NCBI GenBank assembly: GCA_965203805.1
Contig: OZ241917.1
Location: forward strand, 4,864,001 to 4,928,000
DNA length: 64,000 nt
Source: Candidatus Latescibacterota bacterium
Lineage (GTDB): Bacteria > Latescibacterota > UBA2968 > GCA-2709665
Reading direction: 5' to 3'
Part shown: piece after piece, positions 50,405 through 60,304 of the stretch
Layout of the letters: every line of letters starts with the position of its first letter
How positions within the stretch are numbered: the stretch's first letter is position 1
The notes under the pieces: generated by a model
Seen by the model: the letters and a program-made list of their open reading frames with translations, nothing else
Told to the model about the DNA's origin: nothing
Database searches by the model: none
Program-made: the position numbers and the translations under genes

Positions 50405-51632
50405 TTGGGACCGTCACCGGCAATTGAATCAGATCTTTGAAGATCTTGTGGAGGAAATCGCTCTACCACCGTCGCGGTACCACGAGGCCAGAGAGCGCTA
50501 CAACGCGGTCGGAGCTTGGTTGGATGCACCGGACTCCGAACTTGCGCTGTACAAACCCATCATTTCCCCGCAGGGATCATTCGCGTTAGGCACGGCTGTG
50601 CGCCCTATCGGCAGTGATGAGACCGACGTAGATGCCGTGTGCCTGCTCCAGCTTTCCCCCATTCAGGTCACCCAGAGGCAGTTAAAGGATTTGGTTGGCG
50701 ATCGCCTCAAGCATCCACAAAGCCGTTACAAGAACATGATTGAACCCAAAGGAGGCGGACGCCGCTGTTGGACGATTCGGTACGCGGACCAAGCCAGATT
50801 TCATCTGGATGTGCTCCCGGCTATTCCGGACGACTATCGGTGGCTTGTGAACTTAGGGGTTCCGGAAGTGTGGGCTGAGACAGCCATCCGCATTACCGAT
50901 AGAGAGACGTGGGATATCGACCCGGAGTGGCCGCGAAGCAATCCAAAAGGCTATGCGGCTTGGTTCATTAGCCGCATGCAGACGCGTCTCGATGAGGCCA
51001 AATACGCCCATGCAAGGGAAACACGCAAGGACCTCGACGAGACCATTTACGCACACGAGATGGAAATTCGCGCAGAAGTAGAGAAGATTCAAGATTTCGA
51101 CGTAAGTACACCCCTGCAGCAACTCATACAGATCCTCAAGCGTCACCGTGACCTGCGCTACAACGGTGACGACGATAAACCCATTTCGATCATCATTACC
51201 ACTCTCGCAGCGATGGCGTACGATAACGAAGCCAGCATCGGAGAAGCGATAGCGAATGTCGTACCGAATATGCGAACAGCAATTGAGTACCGTAACGGTG
51301 TCTACTGGGTTTCAAATCCTGTGAATCCTAAGGAGAACTTTGCCGACAAGTGGGACGAATGCCCACGAAAAGCCGAGCTGTTTTTCGAATGGCTAAACGC
51401 CGTAGAGCGGGAATACCAGAATCTCCTTACCGATACAGGATTCGAAAAAGTTGGAGGGTATCTGATCGAAACGTTCGGACGCAGAGAAAGCGAGGAGACA
51501 ATGGCGAAATTTGTAGCCCGGACGTCTCCCGGTGTTGCGCCAGCAGTGGTACTCACTCCGCGCAAGACCCAGCAGACAGCCAAACCAAAGATTGAGGCAC
51601 CATCGAATCCAAGCAAACCTTGGGGACGTTGA
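50397..51632 (+). CDS. CBASS CD-NTase (cGAS/DncV-like cyclase)
   Basis: PQGSFALGT.VRP...DVD, FHLDVLP, SNPKGY, LKRHRD, PISIIITTL, NPVNPKENFADKW; C-terminus KPWGR. Confidence 0.93.
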   Translation: MNSWDRHRQLNQIFEDLVEEIALPPSRYHEARERYNAVGAWLDAPDSELALYKPIISPQGSFALGTAVRPIGSDETDVDAVCLLQLSPIQVTQRQLKDLVGDRLKHPQSRYKNMIEPKGGGRRCWTIRYADQARFHLDVLPAIPDDYRWLVNLGVPEVWAETAIRITDRETWDIDPEWPRSNPKGYAAWFISRMQTRLDEAKYAHARETRKDLDETIYAHEMEIRAEVEKIQDFDVSTPLQQLIQILKRHRDLRYNGDDDKPISIIITTLAAMAYDNEASIGEAIANVVPNMRTAIEYRNGVYWVSNPVNPKENFADKWDECPRKAELFFEWLNAVEREYQNLLTDTGFEKVGGYLIETFGRRESEETMAKFVARTSPGVAPAVVLTPRKTQQTAKPKIEAPSNPSKPWGR

Positions 51633-51636
51633 TCCA

Positions 51637-52398
51637 ATGGAAGAGGCAACCGCGCTGCTGGTGATGAGCCAGATGACAGAGGTCCAAGCTCAACATCCGA
51701 GTCTGGAACTTATGCTTAAATCAGGTGAAGTGAGGATTCGTGGGGAGATAGGTTTCTGTTTGGACCATAACTCCCGCACGATTGAAGATACCTACCAAGT
51801 CGAGATTCATATACCGGATGACTATCCAGAATCGCCGCCAAACGCGTTTGAAACCGGAAATAAGATCGACGAAAGTTTTGAACACTTCTTGATCGATGGG
51901 AGCCTATGTCTCGGGGCTCCACTTGAGATACGCCGAAAATTCCTGCAACACATGAATCTCCTTCGGTTCATTAACGAACTGCTTGTCCCGTACCTATTTT
52001 CGTATAGTTGCAAGCGAGACTTCGGTGAGACACCGTTCGGCGAACTTGCCCATGGCTGTACGGGAATAAGACAATACTACCAGGATTTGTTTCGGGTTGA
52101 GGATTACGTAGCAGTACTCGGCCTACTGAAAGTGTTGGCGGACGACAACTACCGGGGCCACCTTAAATGTCCCTGCGGAGCACGATCGAATGTGCGCCGA
52201 TGTCATGGGTCACAGTTGCGGGAACTCTCTTCCTTTCAGTCTTGCGATCAGTTTATTTGGGACGCAATTTCTGTTTATGAAACTCTTTCCGAGAACGAGC
52301 GTAAAGTAGCAATTGGCAGAAAACTATTGCCGAAGAGACTATTGAAGAAAAAAAACCGAATGGCGGGATCCAGACAGTATCGAGCAGAGGCGAAATAG
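51637..52398 (+). CDS. CBASS E2-like (ubiquitin-conjugating fold) protein with SEC-C motif
   Basis: IPDDYPESPP, HFLIDGSLCLG, PFGELAHG, CPCGARSNVRRCH. Confidence 0.8.
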   Translation: MEEATALLVMSQMTEVQAQHPSLELMLKSGEVRIRGEIGFCLDHNSRTIEDTYQVEIHIPDDYPESPPNAFETGNKIDESFEHFLIDGSLCLGAPLEIRRKFLQHMNLLRFINELLVPYLFSYSCKRDFGETPFGELAHGCTGIRQYYQDLFRVEDYVAVLGLLKVLADDNYRGHLKCPCGARSNVRRCHGSQLRELSSFQSCDQFIWDAISVYETLSENERKVAIGRKLLPKRLLKKKNRMAGSRQYRAEAK

Positions 52399-52522
52399 CA
52401 ATTCGATCAAACATCACCAGTCCATAAATGGATAGGTTTCTCGAAGACACGATATGGCGTCTTCAAAATGCGCGACTCCTATGACGCTATTTTTCAGATT
52501 TCCCGCCTAGACGACAACTCTG

Positions 52523-55500
52523 TCACTCCACACTTTTTCCTGTCAACATCAATATCCCCGCAATCCTCCGCGCGACCTCTGCAAAGTACTGTACTTCCTC
52601 GGCGTTGAGCGCTCGATCGAGCACCTTGTGTTCACGATATGACAGCCATTTCTTGAGTACCTGATAGCCACCGAGTTTGTAGTTCCAGACCGAGGCGGGT
52701 ATGTTGCGCCAGAATGCTCTGTCGCTCAGATATATGTCAAACGTACTGTCACCCAGTACCGATTTCGGCGCGCCCAGCGCTTGGTTTTCATCCGCCGTGT
52801 ATTCTCGTTTTTCGATTCGTCCTTGCCCCGGCATCACTGCTTCGCCAGCCCCGTAATGGCCCCATCCTGCGGTAAGCGCGAAATCATCACCGGACATATT
52901 GCGGCTATCAATGGTCGAGGGTACAGCGATGTTGGAAATCCCAGATTGCAGAGGAGTCTCGATTAAGCCCTTTACACGCTTGCTTGGATCAAGCAGAGAG
53001 GCAATTTTGCGGCCCTTTTCCGCCGATCTGCGAAGGGCGTCGGCGGCACCTTCGGCCTTTCCATCAGGCCAATCCGGAATCGGTATTCGTGGCCAGCCCA
53101 TGCGTATTGCATCTGCGTTGGTTTCCCGATACGACGGATCATGTAAAACTGCCAATAAATGGTGGAACAGATCCTCTACATACAGACCGAGTCGTTTTAC
53201 GTATTCTTCGGCAGTAGCCGAAAGGTTGGGCCGACGTCGAAGTCGATTGTCGCTTAGCCCGAGACCGTCGTCTCGGAGATAGGCTGGGAACATTGCGGCA
53301 CCTCTTTCTATTAGGTGAAAGGACCCAACGTGTGTTGTGAAGAAGGCTTGTGGTTCCGACGCACCTTTCCGCAGATGTTTAGCCGAAGAAAGCCATAAGT
53401 TACCCTTGAAGACATGTGGTTTGTAATCAGGTGCAGGTGCAGTAAGCAGTCGACGGTCTGGCTCCCAATAAAGCCAGCGGATGTCAAATGGCCTATATGA
53501 GATTCGAATAAACCCGGAATCATTCGGACCGCCGCGTAAGAGAAGTGCATCACGTGTAGCCCGTGAATCGGAAATCTTGAACGCGGATGAATCTCTCATC
53601 GCCGCAGGACACAATCGCCCAATTTCTTCATGTGAAATCGCTGGATTGAAGTAGTCTGAGACTTGCTTCTTTAGGCGATCCTCGTCAATTCCAACGAGGA
53701 GACTATCGCGCCCGGTATGGACACCGGGAAATGAATGAGGCATCAGATCGGGCAACGCCGGCCAATCAAACCAGTCCTTACTCATTGCCATCGGTTTGAA
53801 TGGCAAGCCTAGTCGAAGGTTGGGTTGCAGCCCAATATAGCCATCATCTATTTCCGCCGACTGGACGCTTTCCAACAACGCCTTTCGTCTTTCATCCGCC
53901 TTTGCCTGCGGAAAATCCCGATAAAGAACGCGAGAGACTATTGAATCTTCGAGGCTGTTGCCCGACTTCGAGAGTAACGCGATGCTCGTTCCAACCTTGA
54001 TGCCCGGAGATTGTCCCTGAAGTGCGAACACTGTTTCGCTGGTTCTTCCGTCGGGCGCATATTCGGATATGATACGGTCGCCATGAAGATTGTCTATTCG
54101 AATCGCTCCAAACGTATCCAGAAAGCGCTCTCGCATCCCGGAAAAGGACATACCGTCAAGCCACGAATAGTTGGAGATGAAGCATACAACACCTTGCCCA
54201 GTTTTTTCTGTGATGCGACGTTCCGAAACGCGAAAGAACCGTACGTAGAGATCATTCAAAGCCCTTGAATCAGAGAGACTTACTTGCGTGGGTGTTCTGT
54301 ACGCCTCCAATAGTTCTTTTTCCTCTTCGATCGCAACACCAGCAAAGCCGTTGTATGGCGGATTGCCGAGGATTACCAGGATTGGCTTTTCCTGCTTTAT
54401 TTCACCGGCGAGGTCCCTTTCATTCTTTAGTTGAGGAAAAGCGTCCATTTGCGATCCCTCGCCCGTTCCCTCCCAGTCTGTCAGCGCATTGGTGAGAAAG
54501 ATGCCGGGTCGCTCGTTTCCATTATACGAAAGGGCCGCATCGAGATCTCTCAATGCAAGGTCCACCTGAAGGTGCGCGACGACGAAAGGCGCAGGCATGA
54601 TCTCGAAGCCAAAGACGCGCTTTGTCGCTGCCTGTCGGACCTTTTCTCCGGTGAGTGCACCGAGGCCGTGTCCTTGCAGATTAGTCGCGATGCGCTGCAG
54701 CACTTCAGCAAGAAAGGCCCCGGTGCCGCAGCATGGATCGAGAACGTAGACGTTTTCGGCGGCCAACCCTTCGGCGATGCCTAAATCCTCCTTGAGTGCT
54801 CTATCTACGCGGGCGACCATGTATCGCACGACTTCAGACGGCGTATACCAGACGCCCAATTCCTTGCGAAGTTTTGGGTCGAAGGCTTCCAAGAATGGTT
54901 CGTAGAAATAGGTAACCGAGTCCCCTTCTTGAAAACGTGCAAAGAAGGCGTCGCGATCCACACGGTCAAGCGCTGCCGATGTGCAGTCCAATACGTCTGT
55001 CAAGTTTAGCGGATCCAGGTACTCAGGGTCTGATAGCCGATGAAACAACTCCCGCAGCACCGGTGCTCGTAAATGCCGAACCGCCGTGAGCCACACAAAC
55101 CTGTCTCTTCCATTTGCCGTTCGCGCCCATAATACCCAAGCAGAAAACATGCCATAGAAGAGCGTCTGAACGAGGGCAGAGTGAAAAAACTCGTTTCCTT
55201 TCTTACCCTCAAAATGGACCCCAAGCGACTCCTCCAGCGCTGAGCGGATCGCTACGAGCGACTTCGGATCGTCAGCAGCGTCCACCCGCGCCAGAGCGTC
55301 GCGGGCGTACGAGGCGAGCAACCATGCAAGATCTTTTGGCTCGGTGATCGCCGCCTGGTGAGACAGCGCGCGAATGAGGTATTCGCTTAGACCTGCGCCG
55401 ACCTCGTTTGCAAAGGCGCGCGGCTTTTGCAGCCTGCGGTTAAACTCCTCGTCGGTGCCAGCGAGGCTATAGGATTCGAAGTCGGTCTCATTTCCGGCTC

Positions 55501-55909
55501 CGTCGCGACCGACGAGAGTAAATCCACGAAAGTTGGTCATCAACACCAGGTGGTACCGGGTCCAATATCGTGTCACCTGACCACGAACCTCCGGCGTGTC
55601 CATATTTTCCGCTGTAGACTTTACTTCTACGACGCCGCGTTCCGGTATCTGCCCGGGGCGCGGATTGCGCTTCTGCACCTGATTTGCGGTGTAAAGACCG
55701 AAATCCGGATGTCCCTCTCCCTGGTCTGCCAATTCGCTTACACAGAACACCTTCGGCTTCAGCGTCTCCCCGACTGCGTTCAGCAGATTGGCCAATGGTG
55801 TATAGCTTGAGCGTTCGCCAGTTCCGCCACCTGAGGCGCGGATCAATCGTAGTCCCGTGAAGTATTTCGCAACCGCTGGCGTGAGTTTGGCCGTTGTTTT
55901 GGTCATCAT
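52523..55909 (-). CDS. Single-chain restriction-modification enzyme (Type IIG/ISP-like, N6-adenine MTase, no helicase)
   Basis: PDF...VEVK nuclease motif, GVWYTP, VLDPCCGTG, GNPPY; ISP-type C-terminus VWNYKLGGYQVLKKWLSYR. Confidence 0.88.
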   Translation of the reverse strand: MMTKTTAKLTPAVAKYFTGLRLIRASGGGTGERSSYTPLANLLNAVGETLKPKVFCVSELADQGEGHPDFGLYTANQVQKRNPRPGQIPERGVVEVKSTAENMDTPEVRGQVTRYWTRYHLVLMTNFRGFTLVGRDGAGNETDFESYSLAGTDEEFNRRLQKPRAFANEVGAGLSEYLIRALSHQAAITEPKDLAWLLASYARDALARVDAADDPKSLVAIRSALEESLGVHFEGKKGNEFFHSALVQTLFYGMFSAWVLWARTANGRDRFVWLTAVRHLRAPVLRELFHRLSDPEYLDPLNLTDVLDCTSAALDRVDRDAFFARFQEGDSVTYFYEPFLEAFDPKLRKELGVWYTPSEVVRYMVARVDRALKEDLGIAEGLAAENVYVLDPCCGTGAFLAEVLQRIATNLQGHGLGALTGEKVRQAATKRVFGFEIMPAPFVVAHLQVDLALRDLDAALSYNGNERPGIFLTNALTDWEGTGEGSQMDAFPQLKNERDLAGEIKQEKPILVILGNPPYNGFAGVAIEEEKELLEAYRTPTQVSLSDSRALNDLYVRFFRVSERRITEKTGQGVVCFISNYSWLDGMSFSGMRERFLDTFGAIRIDNLHGDRIISEYAPDGRTSETVFALQGQSPGIKVGTSIALLSKSGNSLEDSIVSRVLYRDFPQAKADERRKALLESVQSAEIDDGYIGLQPNLRLGLPFKPMAMSKDWFDWPALPDLMPHSFPGVHTGRDSLLVGIDEDRLKKQVSDYFNPAISHEEIGRLCPAAMRDSSAFKISDSRATRDALLLRGGPNDSGFIRISYRPFDIRWLYWEPDRRLLTAPAPDYKPHVFKGNLWLSSAKHLRKGASEPQAFFTTHVGSFHLIERGAAMFPAYLRDDGLGLSDNRLRRRPNLSATAEEYVKRLGLYVEDLFHHLLAVLHDPSYRETNADAIRMGWPRIPIPDWPDGKAEGAADALRRSAEKGRKIASLLDPSKRVKGLIETPLQSGISNIAVPSTIDSRNMSGDDFALTAGWGHYGAGEAVMPGQGRIEKREYTADENQALGAPKSVLGDSTFDIYLSDRAFWRNIPASVWNYKLGGYQVLKKWLSYREHKVLDRALNAEEVQYFAEVARRIAGILMLTGKSVE

Positions 55910-56000
55910 TTCTTGTTCCGTGTTTAATCACTCGGTATAAATTTACCGAACCGAACGAAGATTCTGGATGGCGACAATTTCAGTCATTTCTCTCAACGAG

Positions 56001-59000
56001 CTATGTATATCCCCGTCTTGCCGCAAGCTCTTGTAGTTTAAGCTTTAATTTATCGGGTATGTTCGCTTCACGGAGTATTCCTATGAGTTCCCTTTCTTCA
56101 GTGCTCGCATAGGATTCGGAACTGATGTGTTCTAGAAAAATCAAGAGTTTAGCCACGGACTCTGGATGATTTTCGCACAGGTCGCTTTTTCTTATCCGAT
56201 ATAACACCTCGCCGTCGTGCTTCACATTGTCTGTTGGCATCCCAACTGCCAACGTAACCGCTTCTACAAAGACCGACTCCAGATTGGGTAGCCATCGAAA
56301 CATGGCCTCGACTTCATCGCTATTTAGAGATCTCGGAACACCATTCAACCGGTTTGCCCAATATTTCTTGAGCCAGCGATCCCACCATTCCTGCTGCTGC
56401 AGACCGCTCATATTGCTCAGACGGTCATCTATATGCCATGCGAAGGCGCATCGCGCACTTTCGTCGGCATGAGCAAAAAGCCTTGGTATCCATACTTCTT
56501 GAGGGTCTTCAACAAAGTACGTTAGCAGGGTAACGTAACGGCGCATGAAGGATTTCTGACGCTCACCTAAAGGATCGTTCACGATTCGTGAAACGGCCCC
56601 AAGTAAAGCGTCTTTCATCAGTTCAGCCGAACTTGAGCTAAGATTGCCATACAAGAACCCATCCCAAACTGCCAAATAATCGCCTGATTCAGCGTAATCG
56701 CTGAATAAGGGAAGTAGATTCGACTTTGTCCATTCTTCATCGGAAGTTAGCAGGAAAGAAAAATAACGAGCAAGAACCGAGCGCCCCAATCTTCCAAGGA
56801 CAGTATCGTCTCTAACGATATCGGACAAAGCGGTTCGATATACCTCCTTCAGTACATCTGGCTTGGGATCTTGATGATTTCGCCAGTTCTCTAGGCTATG
56901 CAGCCAGAAATATGCGAGAATCCCGGCGGTATGATTTCTGGCGCGTGTCAGCCAATGCTCAAAATGAAAAACTACAGGTTCAGGTTTGAGATGCCGTCGT
57001 AAGTTCGTCGCTATCTCGTTGGCTTGTGGCAGCAATTTGTGTACAAGCTGGGTATCACGATCTCTAACAAGAGTAAAAAGAAAATCGGCAATTGGACGCG
57101 CGTATTTTTCGTGTAGATCGTTCCTTTCCAATCGCTTAAGTACATTGCAAGTCATAATTTCATCGAGTTCTGTCTCCGACCACAACCGCATTAGAGTGTT
57201 CCATAAATCGGTATCCCAGTTCCGCCTCTTGGCCACCGCATCCGCCAAATCGAGTCCCCACTGGAAATCACGCTTTGCCGCATCCGAGACCGCTATGTCA
57301 AGCCCGAGACGGTCTGGTTCATTAATTCCTGTATCCTGGAATGACAATAGTTCGTCGGCCCATTCTTCAGCGGGTTTCGAAAGGAGTTCGCCTACGGTCC
57401 AGGGACTCTGGTGGCCTCCCGGGACGGAACTCATCCAGTGAGTTAGATCTGGATGTGCTCGCGGTTTAAATTTGGGGTTTCGCATCAATATATCTTCCAG
57501 ATCTGCCTTGGCGATGCGACAATCGGGCGCAGCATTATGTAGCCAATGTAGCCAGGTAAAATGATCGTAGGCAGCGTCGACTTCCTCGGTGTTTTCGTGT
57601 TCCGGAGATTGCTGGCAATTGGCCTGTATGGCTTCAATAACGGACCTTCGGTGATCCTCGTCAGCTTTCGGGTATGTCGACTTCATGAACTGAAACAACT
57701 CATGATGTGCCGAAATGTCGTTCAGGTTCATGCAATTTAACAACCAATCAATCTTCTCGTTCGGATTCAGATCCGGGCGCAGGCATAATGTATGCACTGC
57801 CAGCCGGCGAAGAAGAGGTGACGTTTTATGCACGAGTTGATTGCACCATGATGCCGCAACCTTGGGGTTATTTTTCGCTAGCCATTCCAGGCAGTCTCGA
57901 GCGGCATCGATCAATACGTCAATGGTCTTTGGATACTCGTCCTGCTCGTGCGGTTCGATGGCGCTTCGTGAAAAACTTGCGGGACTCCAATCGCGTGTCG
58001 CCTTCTGCCATGCCTCGAATGTCCGGTATTGTACCTCCAGGTGCTTGAAAACGGATGTAAGTAGCGGCTCGGCTACACGATCGAGATTTGGTTTCAAATT
58101 GTTAATCCATAGTTTCTTGATCGTGGAGGGATCGCTCACAAACCCCAATTCCACATCAATGCGTGGACTCTGTTCCTCCTCATCGGAATCAGGCGAGGAA
58201 AAGCCCCGCTTGACCACAAGTTGGCTTGCGGCCATCGCATCGAAGACGTCGACGGCACGATCGAAAAGTTCACTCTTCACGCAATATTCCCCTAACCACA
58301 GCAAAGGATGTTCCTTTTTCATTCCTGCAGGCGCAGTAACAAGGAGAAGGGAAACCCAGCGGGACAAAGTATGCGCATCAGACGCCGGTTCATTTCGCAA
58401 TGCGACGTTTCGACACAGTGCGTCCCAGAATTTAGGATGCGGCTGCTCATACCTCCTTCCAATCATTAGAAAAAGCTCATCTGGATGTCTGTATGCGAAT
58501 TTCTCCGCGAGCCATTGTACCAATAGTCCATCACGCTCACTTAGCTCGCTGGTTCCAAAGAGGCCGGCAAGATGATTGCGCTTGTCGAGCCAATCGACCC
58601 ATTCAATGGAAACGGCGGCAGCCGTAAAGAAGCGTGTCTTCACTGGATCCCTGAGCGCGTCGTCAATGATGTCTATTTCTTCTTCATCGAGCGGAGGGGG
58701 ATTCGCGGCGATTTCCGTAATCTCTCGCCTCCAGTCAAGGATGCTGCGCCTCGTATTCTTCGCAAGACCGTTAACACCCCTATATAGAGCGCTATGGTCA
58801 TTGTCGGACGATTTCACATAGGTGATTGGCTCAATCCCGAGATACTGCCAATTATTGTCGTCAGTTTCGTGGGTGAGCACGAATCGACTCTCTGTTTGGT
58901 CTGCCGGCAAAGCACGTGACAGATAGTTCATGATCGTATCGCTATGGCTGTAGCCCACGAAGAGAACTGTATAGGATCTAAATACATCCACAAGAAATCG

Positions 59001-59546
59001 CCGTGCCCAACCCTCAGTTAGATACGCACGGCCGAAGTCTGCGTCCGTGAGAACGATGTCTTGTGGCCGACTGAGCGCCCCGTGCACATGGACGATTCCG
59101 GTGAAGTGTCCACCTAGTGGCAGGGCAGGAGATGTAAAGACTTCAGTCTGTGATACTAACGAACAGTCTCCCGCTTGCTCGAATAGCGTATCGAAATTGG
59201 TTGTGACGATGCGAGGCGCCATGGATTCCGGATGCAGCTTCAGCAGATCTCGATGCAGGTCAGTGGGTTTCGGGATTTTTTTACAACAGTTTTTATTCAG
59301 CACTTCTGCTGCAATCTTATGTACGTCGACACCTTGGTGTTTCAACCTGCCGAGAAACCGATCCTCGGGTTCGTTTTTTTTCTTCTCTACCCCAGTGCCT
59401 TTCGCAATCGCCTTCGCCAACTTTGTGAAGCTTGGAAGACTCGCAGGTTTTCCCATTGAAACTCCCGCGCCGGCGAAAACGACAAGCTTGTCGTCACGCA
59501 ATGCGTTTAATATTGGTCGCGGGAAATCTAAGCCGCCTATTTTCAT
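56001..59546 (-). CDS. SIR2-like NADase domain with long helical (DUF4020-like) C-terminus
   Basis: VFAGAGVS, IVTTNFD, HVHG, LFVGYSHSD; C-terminal WWDRWLKKYWANRL. Confidence 0.85.
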   Translation of the reverse strand: MKIGGLDFPRPILNALRDDKLVVFAGAGVSMGKPASLPSFTKLAKAIAKGTGVEKKKNEPEDRFLGRLKHQGVDVHKIAAEVLNKNCCKKIPKPTDLHRDLLKLHPESMAPRIVTTNFDTLFEQAGDCSLVSQTEVFTSPALPLGGHFTGIVHVHGALSRPQDIVLTDADFGRAYLTEGWARRFLVDVFRSYTVLFVGYSHSDTIMNYLSRALPADQTESRFVLTHETDDNNWQYLGIEPITYVKSSDNDHSALYRGVNGLAKNTRRSILDWRREITEIAANPPPLDEEEIDIIDDALRDPVKTRFFTAAAVSIEWVDWLDKRNHLAGLFGTSELSERDGLLVQWLAEKFAYRHPDELFLMIGRRYEQPHPKFWDALCRNVALRNEPASDAHTLSRWVSLLLVTAPAGMKKEHPLLWLGEYCVKSELFDRAVDVFDAMAASQLVVKRGFSSPDSDEEEQSPRIDVELGFVSDPSTIKKLWINNLKPNLDRVAEPLLTSVFKHLEVQYRTFEAWQKATRDWSPASFSRSAIEPHEQDEYPKTIDVLIDAARDCLEWLAKNNPKVAASWCNQLVHKTSPLLRRLAVHTLCLRPDLNPNEKIDWLLNCMNLNDISAHHELFQFMKSTYPKADEDHRRSVIEAIQANCQQSPEHENTEEVDAAYDHFTWLHWLHNAAPDCRIAKADLEDILMRNPKFKPRAHPDLTHWMSSVPGGHQSPWTVGELLSKPAEEWADELLSFQDTGINEPDRLGLDIAVSDAAKRDFQWGLDLADAVAKRRNWDTDLWNTLMRLWSETELDEIMTCNVLKRLERNDLHEKYARPIADFLFTLVRDRDTQLVHKLLPQANEIATNLRRHLKPEPVVFHFEHWLTRARNHTAGILAYFWLHSLENWRNHQDPKPDVLKEVYRTALSDIVRDDTVLGRLGRSVLARYFSFLLTSDEEWTKSNLLPLFSDYAESGDYLAVWDGFLYGNLSSSSAELMKDALLGAVSRIVNDPLGERQKSFMRRYVTLLTYFVEDPQEVWIPRLFAHADESARCAFAWHIDDRLSNMSGLQQQEWWDRWLKKYWANRLNGVPRSLNSDEVEAMFRWLPNLESVFVEAVTLAVGMPTDNVKHDGEVLYRIRKSDLCENHPESVAKLLIFLEHISSESYASTEERELIGILREANIPDKLKLKLQELAARRGYT

Positions 59547-59600
59547 TGCATATCTATCCAGATTGTTAGATTAAGTATAAGTTACGATTGCGGTACGGCG

Positions 59601-59741
59601 CTCAATTCGGCCCTTCGCCGACGGCGTTCTTTTTCCCAGATTCCCCCAAGGCGTAGTCCGCCGCACCATCGCGCGGATTCGTCGAAGTTCTGTTAAATAT
59701 CGCTCAACCGCTGTCGTGAGTTTGGTCGTTGTTCTGGTCAT
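59601..59741 (-). pseudogene. Chimeric relic: 5' end of an RM paralog joined to the 3' end of an AAA-ATPase paralog
   Basis: 59671-59741 matches 55836-55906 at 57/71 nt; 59601-59655 resembles 60767-60821. Confidence 0.75.
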
Positions 59742-59875
59742 GATACGCGTCTTTCAAGGCTCCGGGTGTCTACGGCACTTGAATTTTGCAGTTTGTTCCC
59801 ATATTTTTGGATGTCGCCGGTGTGATAACTGTCATTAGCCCGAGAAAACTTCCTTTCCGTACGCAGGTCGTCGAA

Positions 59876-60304
59876 ATGCAAAAGAATCCCTTCCAATCCC
59901 TGGAACAGCGTATTGCGAGCCTGCTCGAACCCCGTCCGGAGGTTCTGGAGGCTTATCTGTTTGGCTCCCACGCTGGTGGTGTGGCACAGCCCCACAGCGA
60001 TGTCGATGTCGCTGTATATGTCGAAGAAGCCAAAGTCAAAGAAAGCACTTTCGGGTATCGGGCGCAACTGACGACGGAAATAATAGCCGGCCTCCACAAC
60101 AACGACGTCGATCTACTGATTCTAAACCAGGCTCCCCCGGTTCTTTACTACCATGTGCTGCGAGACGGTATCCGGCTCCTGTCCCGTGATCTGGCGGCGA
60201 CAACGACGCGGGAAGGCTACGCGGTTTCCCGATATTGCGACTTCGTTCCCCAGCTTGCAAAAATGGATGCGGTTTGGCGTTTGCGCGCCGGTGGTGAACG
60301 GTGA
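59876..60304 (+). CDS. mntA: Type VII TA MntA-like adenylyltransferase antitoxin
   Basis: AYLFGSHAGG...SDVDVAV (GSX10DXD), VDLLILN. Confidence 0.88.
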   Translation: MQKNPFQSLEQRIASLLEPRPEVLEAYLFGSHAGGVAQPHSDVDVAVYVEEAKVKESTFGYRAQLTTEIIAGLHNNDVDLLILNQAPPVLYYHVLRDGIRLLSRDLAATTTREGYAVSRYCDFVPQLAKMDAVWRLRAGGER

